Shown: one piece after another, positions 24,801-34,899 of the stretch | How positions within the stretch are numbered: the first letter of the stretch is position 1 | How the letters are laid out: every line of letters begins with the position of its first letter | Assembly (NCBI GenBank): GCA_010093605.1 | Contig: MU004185.1 | Span: forward strand, 765,334 to 829,333 | Length of the DNA stretch: 64,000 bases | Source: Lophium mytilinum | Lineage: Eukaryota | Reading direction: 5' to 3' | Notes under the pieces: model-generated | Database searches by the model: none | What the model saw: the letters and a program-made list of their open reading frames with translations, nothing else | Told to the model about the DNA's origin: nothing | Made by a program: the position numbers and the translations under genes

Positions 24801-25618
24801 CAGTCTACATACTATGTTTATTCTGCCAACTAAGAAACTACGCTTTGCACATTGTCTCAAGCCTCAATTGCCAGCATGTCAGTTTGAGGCCAGAGATTTG
24901 AATTGTGGGTCACCTGCCACTAAGTGGGCCTGACATCTCTACTAGGAGTCAGCTAGAATCCACCCTCCAACGCTTTTGCGGTTAGGGGATTAACCAGCGT
25001 GCCAAGTGTGGCTTCTCAGCTGGCAGAAGAACACGGCAAGCTATTATTTTGCTACCTTCATGCATACGTGCCCAAGAGCATGCAAAACAAGTTGAAACCT
25101 TGCCTTATTACGGCTCCTCTGAATAAAGACTAACTCCCTACATTGCCACCCTCCTTATATAATGGAAGCTAATACAGGAGCTCCTTAAAGCTAAGGCGCT
25201 ATCTTAACTCTGTACGACTTCCTGTGCCTGTAGCGGTGGCGCCTGGAAGTCTATAGTGTTTGCACTGTAGTAGTAGAGAGTAACAATGTGGCCACGCTGT
25301 ATTTGGACACAGCATTTGTGGATTGGAGGCCTCGGTGCACCTTCCGGACCGTATCAAAGATTAGACGGAAGGGGGAGAGTGTATGAATACCAACACTCTT
25401 TAAATAACAACCCTGCTCTTAGTATTCATGTTGTTTCTGAGTCCAAAAGCTATCTTTATTTGTTGGGCACATGTACAAGCAAGCCATGAGCGGTGGTTCA
25501 AAAAGACATATATTAGGACTGTTACGTCCAGCTGTTTACTACCATTACATTATTACATCCGCCATTTCGTCAAGTGAGCATTCCTTCTCTGGCCTAGACT
25601 TATAGGCTATACCTTGGT

Positions 25619-28600
25619 TCAATTGTCTTCATCGTCGTCTTCATCGTCTTCCTCATCCTCATCGTCCTCGCCTTCTGCAGCAGTTACATTGAAGGTCGGT
25701 GCTTGGTCTACACCGAAATAGCTGTCGCTCATCAGGTAGAGCGTCAGTTCGTGTTTTCCAGCAGTTGGAACCACATATTCAAGTTTGGTCTTCAGGCTCT
25801 TCCCAAAAGTGATTCTCTTGATCGCGACCAAATTCTTTGTTGATTCTTCACCAATGATCAACCACCAGTTTTCGCTCTTGCTGCCTACAAAGTAGGGTGC
25901 ATACACCTCTGTCTTTGGTTCCTCATCCTCTTCAAGGTCTCTTTCGATTGTGATATTGAGGTATGACGGGCTGCCTGCAACAACCTCCTCCGGGTGGTCC
26001 ACTTCGAAGGAAAGATCAACGCTGGGATAGTACTCATTAGTGAACTTAGAGACATCTAGCAGTTGCTGTCCGTCGAGTCCAAGCTTTTGGACGAGAGCTT
26101 GGTGTTGTGGGTATGTGTCTGGGTCCATCGCTTCCATGAACTCAAAGACGTCGTTGATGTTGAAATCCTTGGCTATTTTGAGTGCCTGAGCATCGAAGTG
26201 GGGGAGTTGTTTGAGCGGACTGTCCGATTGCCACATTGCTTGAACCACCATTTGTGACATCTCCATAGCAGTTGTTGCGTTGAGATGGCCCTCCGAAGAA
26301 AGAACATCCACACAAGCGCTCAGCAGGTTGAGGACCTTGCGCAATATGAGCTCCTGGTCCTTTGCTAGATCGATGGGCAGTTGCATGCGGGAAAAGTGAG
26401 CTTGCAGAAGTACGAAGGCTTTGAAGTGCGGTGACTCGTAGCTTGCATCTGCCATCTTCACTGGAAGTCGATCGTAGATTCGACTCAGGATTCTGTCTTC
26501 GTGGCGACGGATCTGTATGCCCTCGAATTCCGTTGCGGACGTGACAATTTCGAGAATGCCCTTCAATTTCGTGCGACCTGTGAGAGATAGCAAAAAGGTC
26601 TGCATCGTAATGAAGGAAATGTTGTAATAGGCTGCAATCATCGCAGGATTCAAGGGCGTGATAGAGTCATCCTCCTCGTCAAGCTCGATGATCTTAGCTT
26701 CGACGAGCTCTTTTAGTGATGTTTCGACAAGGTCGGAGAGGTGAGCATTCAGCCCATCCTGGGAAGGATCCGTGAGTCCATAATAGCTAGGATTGGCCAG
26801 TAGTCGACGATAAAAGTACGTGTAGGTCGACCAGTCGACTGCGTCCTGCATTGACTCGATCGTCTTCGAACTGATCTCCGCCACAAAAGCATCGGGCAAG
26901 TAACCTTGCAGCTGGCTCTCAATGGGGAGGGCTTCATGGAGAAACTTTTTGTAGTACTCGCGCTTCACAGCGGAGACCATGAGCACACCTTTGGCGGTCT
27001 TGTCCTCTCCGGTTCTTCCCGCCTTCCCAAACATCTGCAAAATGTCACTAATCGGGTAGTCAATGTAACGATGTTCGCGGCCTTCGAAGAACTGCGTGCC
27101 CATGATGACAACGAGATGCGCACTTCGATCAATTTCCCAACAGGAATCCCTCGAGACAAGCATGACTTGTATAGCACCAACTTTGAACAGGTGCTGTACT
27201 GCTTTTTTGTCAAAAGAACTCAGAGCTTCATGGAAGTACCCGATGCCGTGAGATAGTGACTCCGCAAGTGCTCGCTCATCTACCTTTGCCAGCACAGCCT
27301 CGAGCTCATTCGGCGAGGCGTTCAAAAAGCGGTCCTCATCATCGTCTGCGAGACAGGCAGCAAGAAGATCTAGAGCCGTCGACCGGACCTGTTTTCGACT
27401 GGGAACAAAGACCATGGCTGATTTGTCGGGAGAAAGCTGGATGATCGACTGGTAAACGGGCTTGGCCATTGCAAGCATCAAAGAAGGAAAATGGGGTATC
27501 GTGAAGGACTGAATATGCAGTTCCAGGGGGACCGCTCGAATCTGGGGGCTGAAGTTGAATATCGTATGCTTTGTCGCTCCGATCCATTCGCCAATATCGC
27601 GAGCATTTGCGAGTGAGACGCTTAGGCCGACTATGCGTAGTCCAGATTCCACCTGGAAAGCCATAGCATGCATGCGGGAGACAATGGCTTCATAAGTATA
27701 CCCTCCCTGGCCTCCTAACATGTGTAGGTCATCCGCGATCAGTAGCGAAACACTTTGCACATTCTTACGACGCTTCCACTGGCGGGAGATGATGTCCCAT
27801 TGAGTTGGCGTTGCCAAGACAAGATCTCCGCGCTCTAGTAGTCGCAGGTCAGCAGTGAGGTCACCAGTAAGCTTCAAGATTTCTTTGCCTCCAGCAATAG
27901 TCGAGAGTCGCTCTTTCCAGTCAATCAACCGATTGTCAACACCTTCTTGAAACGGTGCGACGTAGACTATGCGCCCGTCGACGTTTTTCGCCCATTGACG
28001 TAGGATTGCAAACTCCGCGCAGACTGTCTTTCCGATGCCCGTGGAAGCGCCAACAAACACATTGTCGTCCGAAGAGTAGAGGGAGTTGAATACTTGAGTC
28101 TGAATTTTGTTGAACCGGCCCAAGCTCTCATACAGACCTTGATATTCTTTGACTTTCAAGGCCGAGATAGGCAGTGGCTGAAGCTCAAGAAGAGGAGTGT
28201 GCGGAGGGAACTTCTCTGGTAGGATGAGATTCTGGAAGGATACTGGGAACTTAAATTCGGAGTGCATCCATCTGTCTGAGATGACAGTAACAAAGTAATT
28301 GGGGGGCTTTGGTTCGGTGATGGGAACTGTGAAGTCGACAAGATGGTCGTTCAAATCAGCCTGTGAATAAGTCTTGCGCAAGAGGAACTGGTCGTGGAAC
28401 AAGATCTCTTCCCCATCACAATCTTCTACAAGAATCCAGAAGCTTTCGGCTGCTCCATGCAGTGCATCGTCCCACTCGAAATTTGGAGTGATAGTGAGCT
28501 CCATGCGGAGCATTGATCGCGTTACAGGCTGCACCTGAGCGGTCACTTCGAGGCGTGGAAACTTTTCCACGAGTGCACAAACCAGCTTGCCGGCCCTGGG

Positions 28601-31600
28601 CATGCCTAGAAGTTCGCCCATTCGTGGTGGGTCAAGATCAAAGAAGCTAGACCAGGGAACATCAATACGCTCAGCTTTCTGAATCACGTCCGGGGGACAC
28701 ATTGCTGTTTGTGTCGTGAACTGTCTGAGGGCTGTCATGGTAGGCCACATCCGCTTCTCTGCCATCTTGCAAAGGTCTAGTGCGATCTTTGCCACTGATG
28801 CCCACCCTTTTTTTAGGCAGATCTCGAAGATGGCACGAAGAATTCGCCCTGCAGACTGAGTGACGTACACGAGATCAGCCATGAGGGCTAGTCCTTCAAG
28901 CTTCAGGCGGGAAATGTACGCTTGTAGAAGTACGTTTATCTTAGCTTGGGGTTCTTCGATGCTCTCCTTGACAGGTATTGGGACGCGGCCGAGTAGTTTT
29001 GCCAGTTCTAGCTTTTCATCTTGTCGTACAGGAATGTATTTGAATTCCTCGCTCAGAGAGAACACTCGGAAAAGTTCAATAGAGGTGATCGATGGTTGGA
29101 TGTGCTGGTTGTAGGTCGTCATGGAGTTGTGCGTGATGTAGTAGTGAGAGGCAATTCTCCCGAGTTCTGTTGTTGTGAGCTTCCCGGACCTCTTATCGTA
29201 TTTGACAAGACCGGAGGCTTCTAGGACTGTGGCAGCCGAGTGTATCAAATCTACGCGTTTTTGTTCGAGTGCTCTGTCGTCTTCGTACTCCGCGCCCACA
29301 CTGTACAGTCCAGGGGACCTAAGCATTCGAACGAAAAGGTACGTATAACCCAACCATTCGACACCTTCATCCCTAGTCCGCACGTTTCCCAACACAACTT
29401 CGGCGTTCAGGTTGTCTGCGAGTCTGCTGACGAATTGGCTTTCGATCGGAAGTTGCTGGTTCAGGAGCGAGAGATAATACTGCAACTCCAGTTGCGTTGT
29501 GATGATTATGCCTTCTCCGTAGGTGTCGAATTGAGGCCTTCCCGCGCGGCCGAGCATCTGCAATACATCTTGCGGACTCAACTCGACCCAGCTACCCTTC
29601 TCGGGCGAATATATCTGGGTTCCTTTGATGATGACAGTGTGTGCGGGGAGGTTGACACCCCATGCCAAGGTAGCGGTACATACAAGTACTTGCAGGTGGC
29701 CGTCTGAGAAGAGGTCCTCAACTGATATGCGATCTGCACGCGCCATACCAGCATGATGAATGCCAAATCCGTAAGGAAGGAGATCTTTCAGGTCTGAGTT
29801 CGCGACGGTTTCGGACTCTTCTCTCAAGATCTCCCGGCTTGAGGCGTCACTCCTCATGATCTGACCGATCGTCTCCAATTCGAGGGCCTTGTCTCGAATA
29901 TACTTGGCTGTTTTTGCGGTTTCCTTTCGCGAATGAACGAAGATCAGCATTTGGTTCCGCTTCTCTCCTACTTGCTCTATCACTTTGGTATAGCAAACAT
30001 CATTCATTGCTTTCAGTTGCTTGATGGCCTTTTTATCAGTTACGCCAATGAACTCTTGCTTCAGCGGGCACGGTCGGAATGTTGCGTCAAAGTGGAAGAG
30101 ACCTTTATCAGGTTCAACACGAAGGAAGCTGGCAACATCGCGATAATTGGGAAGAGTGGCACTGAGGCCCACCAACCGAACATTGTCGCCTGTCTGCTCA
30201 ATCCGCCGGATAGTCCTGGCAACGATACTTTCTAGGACAGGTCCTCGATCGTCATGAAGAAGATGAATTTCGTCGATGCAAATGAGCCGAACAAGGTTGG
30301 TATAACTGGTGTCCGTTGCCTTTCGGGTAATGACGTCCCACTTCTCGGGCGTGGTGACAATGATCTGAGTCTCAGCTATTTGCTGTTTCGTGAGTTGACG
30401 GTCTCCCGTCAATTCCGAGACGCGGATACCGTATGGCTCAAGGCGTTTCCCAAAGTTGCCGACTTGCTCGTGAACTAGGGCTTTAAGTGGAGCAATATAG
30501 ATGATTTTGAAATCATCGAGAGCAATTTCCCCCGTTTCTGGGTTTCGATGCTTGCCGATTTCTCGGAGCATAGCTAGCATAGCAACATTCGTTTTACCGG
30601 AGCCAGTTGGTGCACATATGAGCATATTGCCATCGTCGTTGAATGCAGTGGGAAAACATCGGGTCTGGATTCGATTCAGCTCCTTGGAATTGCCAAATCC
30701 TTGTCTGGCCCAATCCGGCAGCTCGGACGCGGGCATGTTCTTTGGCTCATTGGCATCCTTCCTTGCTTTTGGGGCCGGAACATGGATCTCCTCGTAGCCT
30801 TTGAATGTCCGCTTAGTGGAGCCTTGTGGTAGCTTCACGTTGGGATTTGTCATAAGATGGTTGCCTTGATCGAATATGAGGTTGTCCAGGTTGACGAGGC
30901 GTTTCGGCTGCAGTCCACCAACGAGACCGTCCCTGGGTGCATCTGTCATGGCCACATCTTTAGAAGCACTTGAAATGTCTATGTCCATCAAGTCCAGCTT
31001 GATCTTCTTCGCAGTAGAGGACGCTTCTCCGGCAGTTGCGTCCTCCCTCGTACGAAGCTCGTTCAAAATATTTCTGTGCCCCTCGGCAATCATCTCACGC
31101 TCAAGAGCAGCTCTCGCGTTCTTGTCTTCAGCAGCCCGCCTCCATTTCGTTACCCAGACGATTTTGTCCCGATTGAGAACCATCTTAGCAACAAGCTCGG
31201 GCTGCTCGTAGTCGAACAGCTCCATCAGATCGTTCTCAATCTCACGAAGTGGTTTCTCATCCCCCTCATCGGAAAGACCGGAGAGGATCTGTAGCGCATC
31301 TCGGGTCTTCTCTTGTTGAGTGTGTGCGTCTTTGTAAACGTGTCCAATCTGCCGCTGTAACCAGAATGCGTCTATTTCGTGGGCAGCGATCAGCCCGTCG
31401 CCTTTCCGCTTACTTTCGCCGGATTGCATTGACTCTGATTCGATGATCATCTCCTCTTCTCCTCCAATATCGGTGTCTTGTCTCTTATCGGATACTGCAG
31501 TGCCGATGTCGTCAGCAAGGTCGTCGCCTTCATCGTCAGACGATTCATCCTCGTCCCGCACCTCGAAGGTTTGACCAGCGTTCTCGTCATCCTCATCTTC

Positions 31601-32302
31601 TTCGTCAAATACTACGGCAACGCCCTGCTTCTCATCGATGTCCACATTGTCGCCTGCTTCCTCAGTCTGTGCAACATCCTCATCTTCATCCTGCGCATCG
31701 TAGTCTGTGATTTTCTTCCCAAGGTTCACGAGCTCGTTGAACTCCTTGGACCCCATGGAGGAGCCCAGGATGTCGTCAATCTCCTTCTTCCGGTCGAAGT
31801 CTTTCAAGTCCTCGTCCTTCAGGTACTCCAGCACAGCATCAGCGGCACTTCGAGTGACATGGTTTGGAACGTCTCCAAGACTCCTCCCGACGATAGTGTT
31901 GATCAAATCGTACGTTCCCCTCGTGGCAGGCGTCCTCGGCCGATATTTCAGATCCTCCACTAGTAGGTCTTGCTGAGAAAGTATTCCTGCACCACGCATC
32001 TGCGCGGGCTCTCCACGCTTCCTCTTTTTTTGCTCTCTCTCCAGAACGTCCTCGCCTTCGCGGATGCTTCCTCGCTCTACGTCGGCAGGTCCTCTTGGTT
32101 TCTTTTTCTGCACGGGCGCATCCTCGCGTGCTGTCCTTGAGCCCATATCGCGGATGTTTATGCGGCCCGCCAGCGATTCGGGATCGCCTGTATTTTCATC
32201 CCCACGGCGGGTGACGAAGCGTCGGTCCGCCTGGAGGACCAAATTTGACATGGCCGCATATTTGAACTGCGCCAAATTGTTCTCTTTCTTCTGGTCCGCC
32301 AT
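25619..32302 (-). CDS. BRR2: Pre-mRNA splicing helicase Brr2 (U5-200K), ~2227 aa, intronless
   Basis: QFKYAAMSNLVLQADRRF N-terminus, APTGSGKT, DEIH, GLSATLPN, QMLGRAGRPQ, a second degenerate helicase cassette (STGIGKT, DDLH) and Sec63 domains. Confidence 0.97.
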   Translation of the reverse strand: MADQKKENNLAQFKYAAMSNLVLQADRRFVTRRGDENTGDPESLAGRINIRDMGSRTAREDAPVQKKKPRGPADVERGSIREGEDVLEREQKKRKRGEPAQMRGAGILSQQDLLVEDLKYRPRTPATRGTYDLINTIVGRSLGDVPNHVTRSAADAVLEYLKDEDLKDFDRKKEIDDILGSSMGSKEFNELVNLGKKITDYDAQDEDEDVAQTEEAGDNVDIDEKQGVAVVFDEEDEDDENAGQTFEVRDEDESSDDEGDDLADDIGTAVSDKRQDTDIGGEEEMIIESESMQSGESKRKGDGLIAAHEIDAFWLQRQIGHVYKDAHTQQEKTRDALQILSGLSDEGDEKPLREIENDLMELFDYEQPELVAKMVLNRDKIVWVTKWRRAAEDKNARAALEREMIAEGHRNILNELRTREDATAGEASSTAKKIKLDLMDIDISSASKDVAMTDAPRDGLVGGLQPKRLVNLDNLIFDQGNHLMTNPNVKLPQGSTKRTFKGYEEIHVPAPKARKDANEPKNMPASELPDWARQGFGNSKELNRIQTRCFPTAFNDDGNMLICAPTGSGKTNVAMLAMLREIGKHRNPETGEIALDDFKIIYIAPLKALVHEQVGNFGKRLEPYGIRVSELTGDRQLTKQQIAETQIIVTTPEKWDVITRKATDTSYTNLVRLICIDEIHLLHDDRGPVLESIVARTIRRIEQTGDNVRLVGLSATLPNYRDVASFLRVEPDKGLFHFDATFRPCPLKQEFIGVTDKKAIKQLKAMNDVCYTKVIEQVGEKRNQMLIFVHSRKETAKTAKYIRDKALELETIGQIMRSDASSREILREESETVANSDLKDLLPYGFGIHHAGMARADRISVEDLFSDGHLQVLVCTATLAWGVNLPAHTVIIKGTQIYSPEKGSWVELSPQDVLQMLGRAGRPQFDTYGEGIIITTQLELQYYLSLLNQQLPIESQFVSRLADNLNAEVVLGNVRTRDEGVEWLGYTYLFVRMLRSPGLYSVGAEYEDDRALEQKRVDLIHSAATVLEASGLVKYDKRSGKLTTTELGRIASHYYITHNSMTTYNQHIQPSITSIELFRVFSLSEEFKYIPVRQDEKLELAKLLGRVPIPVKESIEEPQAKINVLLQAYISRLKLEGLALMADLVYVTQSAGRILRAIFEICLKKGWASVAKIALDLCKMAEKRMWPTMTALRQFTTQTAMCPPDVIQKAERIDVPWSSFFDLDPPRMGELLGMPRAGKLVCALVEKFPRLEVTAQVQPVTRSMLRMELTITPNFEWDDALHGAAESFWILVEDCDGEEILFHDQFLLRKTYSQADLNDHLVDFTVPITEPKPPNYFVTVISDRWMHSEFKFPVSFQNLILPEKFPPHTPLLELQPLPISALKVKEYQGLYESLGRFNKIQTQVFNSLYSSDDNVFVGASTGIGKTVCAEFAILRQWAKNVDGRIVYVAPFQEGVDNRLIDWKERLSTIAGGKEILKLTGDLTADLRLLERGDLVLATPTQWDIISRQWKRRKNVQSVSLLIADDLHMLGGQGGYTYEAIVSRMHAMAFQVESGLRIVGLSVSLANARDIGEWIGATKHTIFNFSPQIRAVPLELHIQSFTIPHFPSLMLAMAKPVYQSIIQLSPDKSAMVFVPSRKQVRSTALDLLAACLADDDEDRFLNASPNELEAVLAKVDERALAESLSHGIGYFHEALSSFDKKAVQHLFKVGAIQVMLVSRDSCWEIDRSAHLVVIMGTQFFEGREHRYIDYPISDILQMFGKAGRTGEDKTAKGVLMVSAVKREYYKKFLHEALPIESQLQGYLPDAFVAEISSKTIESMQDAVDWSTYTYFYRRLLANPSYYGLTDPSQDGLNAHLSDLVETSLKELVEAKIIELDEEDDSITPLNPAMIAAYYNISFITMQTFLLSLTGRTKLKGILEIVTSATEFEGIQIRRHEDRILSRIYDRLPVKMADASYESPHFKAFVLLQAHFSRMQLPIDLAKDQELILRKVLNLLSACVDVLSSEGHLNATTAMEMSQMVVQAMWQSDSPLKQLPHFDAQALKIAKDFNINDVFEFMEAMDPDTYPQHQALVQKLGLDGQQLLDVSKFTNEYYPSVDLSFEVDHPEEVVAGSPSYLNITIERDLEEDEEPKTEVYAPYFVGSKSENWWLIIGEESTKNLVAIKRITFGKSLKTKLEYVVPTAGKHELTLYLMSDSYFGVDQAPTFNVTAAEGEDDEDEEDDEDDDEDN

Positions 32303-33239
32303 GATGAAGAAATGAGATCGAGGTACACGGATAGATGGAGGCGGGGGACTCGAGGTCGGGTGTGAATAGACAACGTCGCGCTCGCGCCACGCGGCTGGGT
32401 GGAAAGTGAGGCGCTGTAGAACGCAGGCGCGATTGCTTCGATGGGGTATCACAAGGGAGAAGCAAGTGGGTGACAGTGGAGGATGATGTGGGAGGTGGCG
32501 CGCGTGCAGCTGCCTGGAAAGAGGTGCTTGAAGCTATAGAAGAAAATCGACACTCGCCCGAGCCGCATGTGCCAAGCCACATAATCCCTGCACTATAATT
32601 CTTGGCGTTCGTTTCCGTCACAGCAAGAAGCTGCGGATCTGCCAGAGGTGACTGTGGAGCATCGTACAAGCTATAGACGATGCCAATCGTCGACGACAAG
32701 CCTCGGCTCATTAGGAATAATCTCGATTACTTATCTAGTTACAGGGTTCTTTTGCCGCTGTTTGGAGCATCCAATATAGCTATCATTAAGATTCTGTAAG
32801 CATAGCTCTGTTAGAAAGAGATTCCAAGGCACTGACAGGTAGTACCACCAGTGTGTACATAGACCTTCCGTGGGTATGAATCTGCCCATTCGAAAACCAG
32901 TTTTGAGAAATCTCAAGCAAGGGGGCAAATGTAATCCGCTCGAAGATGGGGCACTGTATCATTTATTGTTTGCTGCAACAAGACTTTCCAGATCTTCGTG
33001 CTTACGGTACCTGTACTCTACACTTCACGAAGCAGGACCTACATAGTTTTGCTCCTGGGGTCCGCCATCTTTCCTGGTAAAACCACCGCTAACACGCTTC
33101 GAAGCCTACACTGCCAAACTTACGCCATTCCGTCCTCTACGTGCGGCTAAGCAGACTGCGACCCAACCCAGAACCTACTTCAGCGTGCAGCACAGAAGCC
33201 ACCAATCACAGCTGAGTAGCGCATCGGCGCTACATGGAC

Positions 33240-34510
33240 TTAGGCCTGTACCTTGAACGTTCGGCCGCTCGCTGTCTTGCGCTCCTTTTCGTCGCCTTCT
33301 GGCCTTGCTCGCCGTAACACTGTTCCCATATTAGCATTCATGAATATGCAAGCGCTCTTCGTTTCCATACCTTGAAGGAAGTCTGCAGTCCGCCTCCGCA
33401 TTCTCGAATGGATGTAAGCCTATGAAGTCCTAGTGAGCAACTTATGTGTACAGAGTGCGCGAATTGCAAACCTTTGAAGCCTTGATGTGATAGTGGAAGT
33501 AATCGCGGAACGTTTGGATATGTGATATCACATCGTCCCTTCGTTGCCTAGTCAGGTGTCGAGGGAACAGGACTAAGAGATGTAAGCAGCTGGTTGCCGA
33601 ACCGGGCAGAGGCTAGCAAACCAAAGGTGATGTAGCCGATCTCTCCAGTTCCAGAGGCTCCGAGACCCGGTACATTCTGAAGTTCGAGTGGGGGATCGTT
33701 GCGGAAGAGCACCTGCGGCGCATTTTGGATCGCCCGCCTTCGAGCATCCACGAACTCCTTGGGAAAAAAGTCAATTGGGGTCTACGTGGTGACATCATAG
33801 ACCGTGTGTACTTTACCTGAAGGAAGACTTTTCCAAATATCCGATCCGTTTCCTCTCGGAAGACAGTGCTAAAAATGACCGTCACTCTGTCATGGCTCGC
33901 TTTGATGTATATGGCTTCTTCTTCTCTGTAGTGTATGGCGCGAACCTCCCCTCCTTCTTGCACACCTTGAGGTGCTTGCTCTGAGGTGAATTTGGATGCT
34001 TGTTTTTGGAGTTCGGCGAATTCGTCAAATGCTTGCTCGAATGGTGCTGCCATAGCGTTGCGCTTGAGAAGGGAGATTCGACGAATCAGGTCGTCCCGCG
34101 CGTCTGTTTGGAAAGCCGAGTTAACGAGAGCAATGGTGCCATATCAGAGGCACATACCTTGATCTGTAGGGAGGTTGTCCAAGTCCACCTGCACCGAAAA
34201 GTCATATCCTTGCTCGGCCGGGACGATGTAAGGGCCATATTCCCGCTCTAGCACTGACTGAGCGCCATATTGTACTAGCTCATGGAAGCATTTGACGGAG
34301 ATGGACACGAGGATCTTGGTTTTAGACTCGGGCGTGGAGATGTGGAAGGTAACACCGTCGAAGTCCGACACAACTTGGTCAATCGAGACCGGAGGCGCTC
34401 TGGCATCAAATCAGCTACTAGAATCGTGAGCTTAGAAAATGAGCATACCCCGAGAAACGATCCTTCAAGAGGGACTCTATGAGCACATTTTGATAGTCCA
34501 AGAGGAGCAT
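33240..34510 (-). CDS. ARC35: Arp2/3 complex 34-kDa subunit (ARPC2); 6 introns
   Basis: [99 protein letters not shown]...RKTASGRTF. Confidence 0.95.
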
Positions 34511-34899
34511 GCTGATGGAAGCTGGGGAAGCTCGCTGCACCGAGGAGGGATGGAGGAAGAGATGAGAAAAGAGAAGAAGATCGTTGAACTGAGGCAGCCA
34601 GCTATGTGCAGTGCTACTCTTTACGCGCTCGGAGAGAGATTCAGGGCTGCTGGCTGCGTGGCCTGCGGTGGTGATGGCGGGGGTGCTGCGGTAGGTGGGT
34701 CCAATGGAATAAGCCCTAGATCTGATCTGATTAGATAAAAAATATCGAACTTGCCCTCACCTTCGTCTCCAGAATTTCCGACTTTCATTTGAACCTCTTC
34801 TCAGTTGAGGAAATTGGAACCCTCAGAAACTAGCTGCGGATCTTCCTAATTGCCTGGCGCCTTTGAGTCCCTCACGACGCCCGCTCCATCTGGTCCAGC

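Noticed and set aside
32303..32452. N-terminal extension of the Brr2 ORF in the track
   Set aside because: Starts at a non-ATG codon; recognisable Brr2 sequence begins at MADQKKEN (32302).
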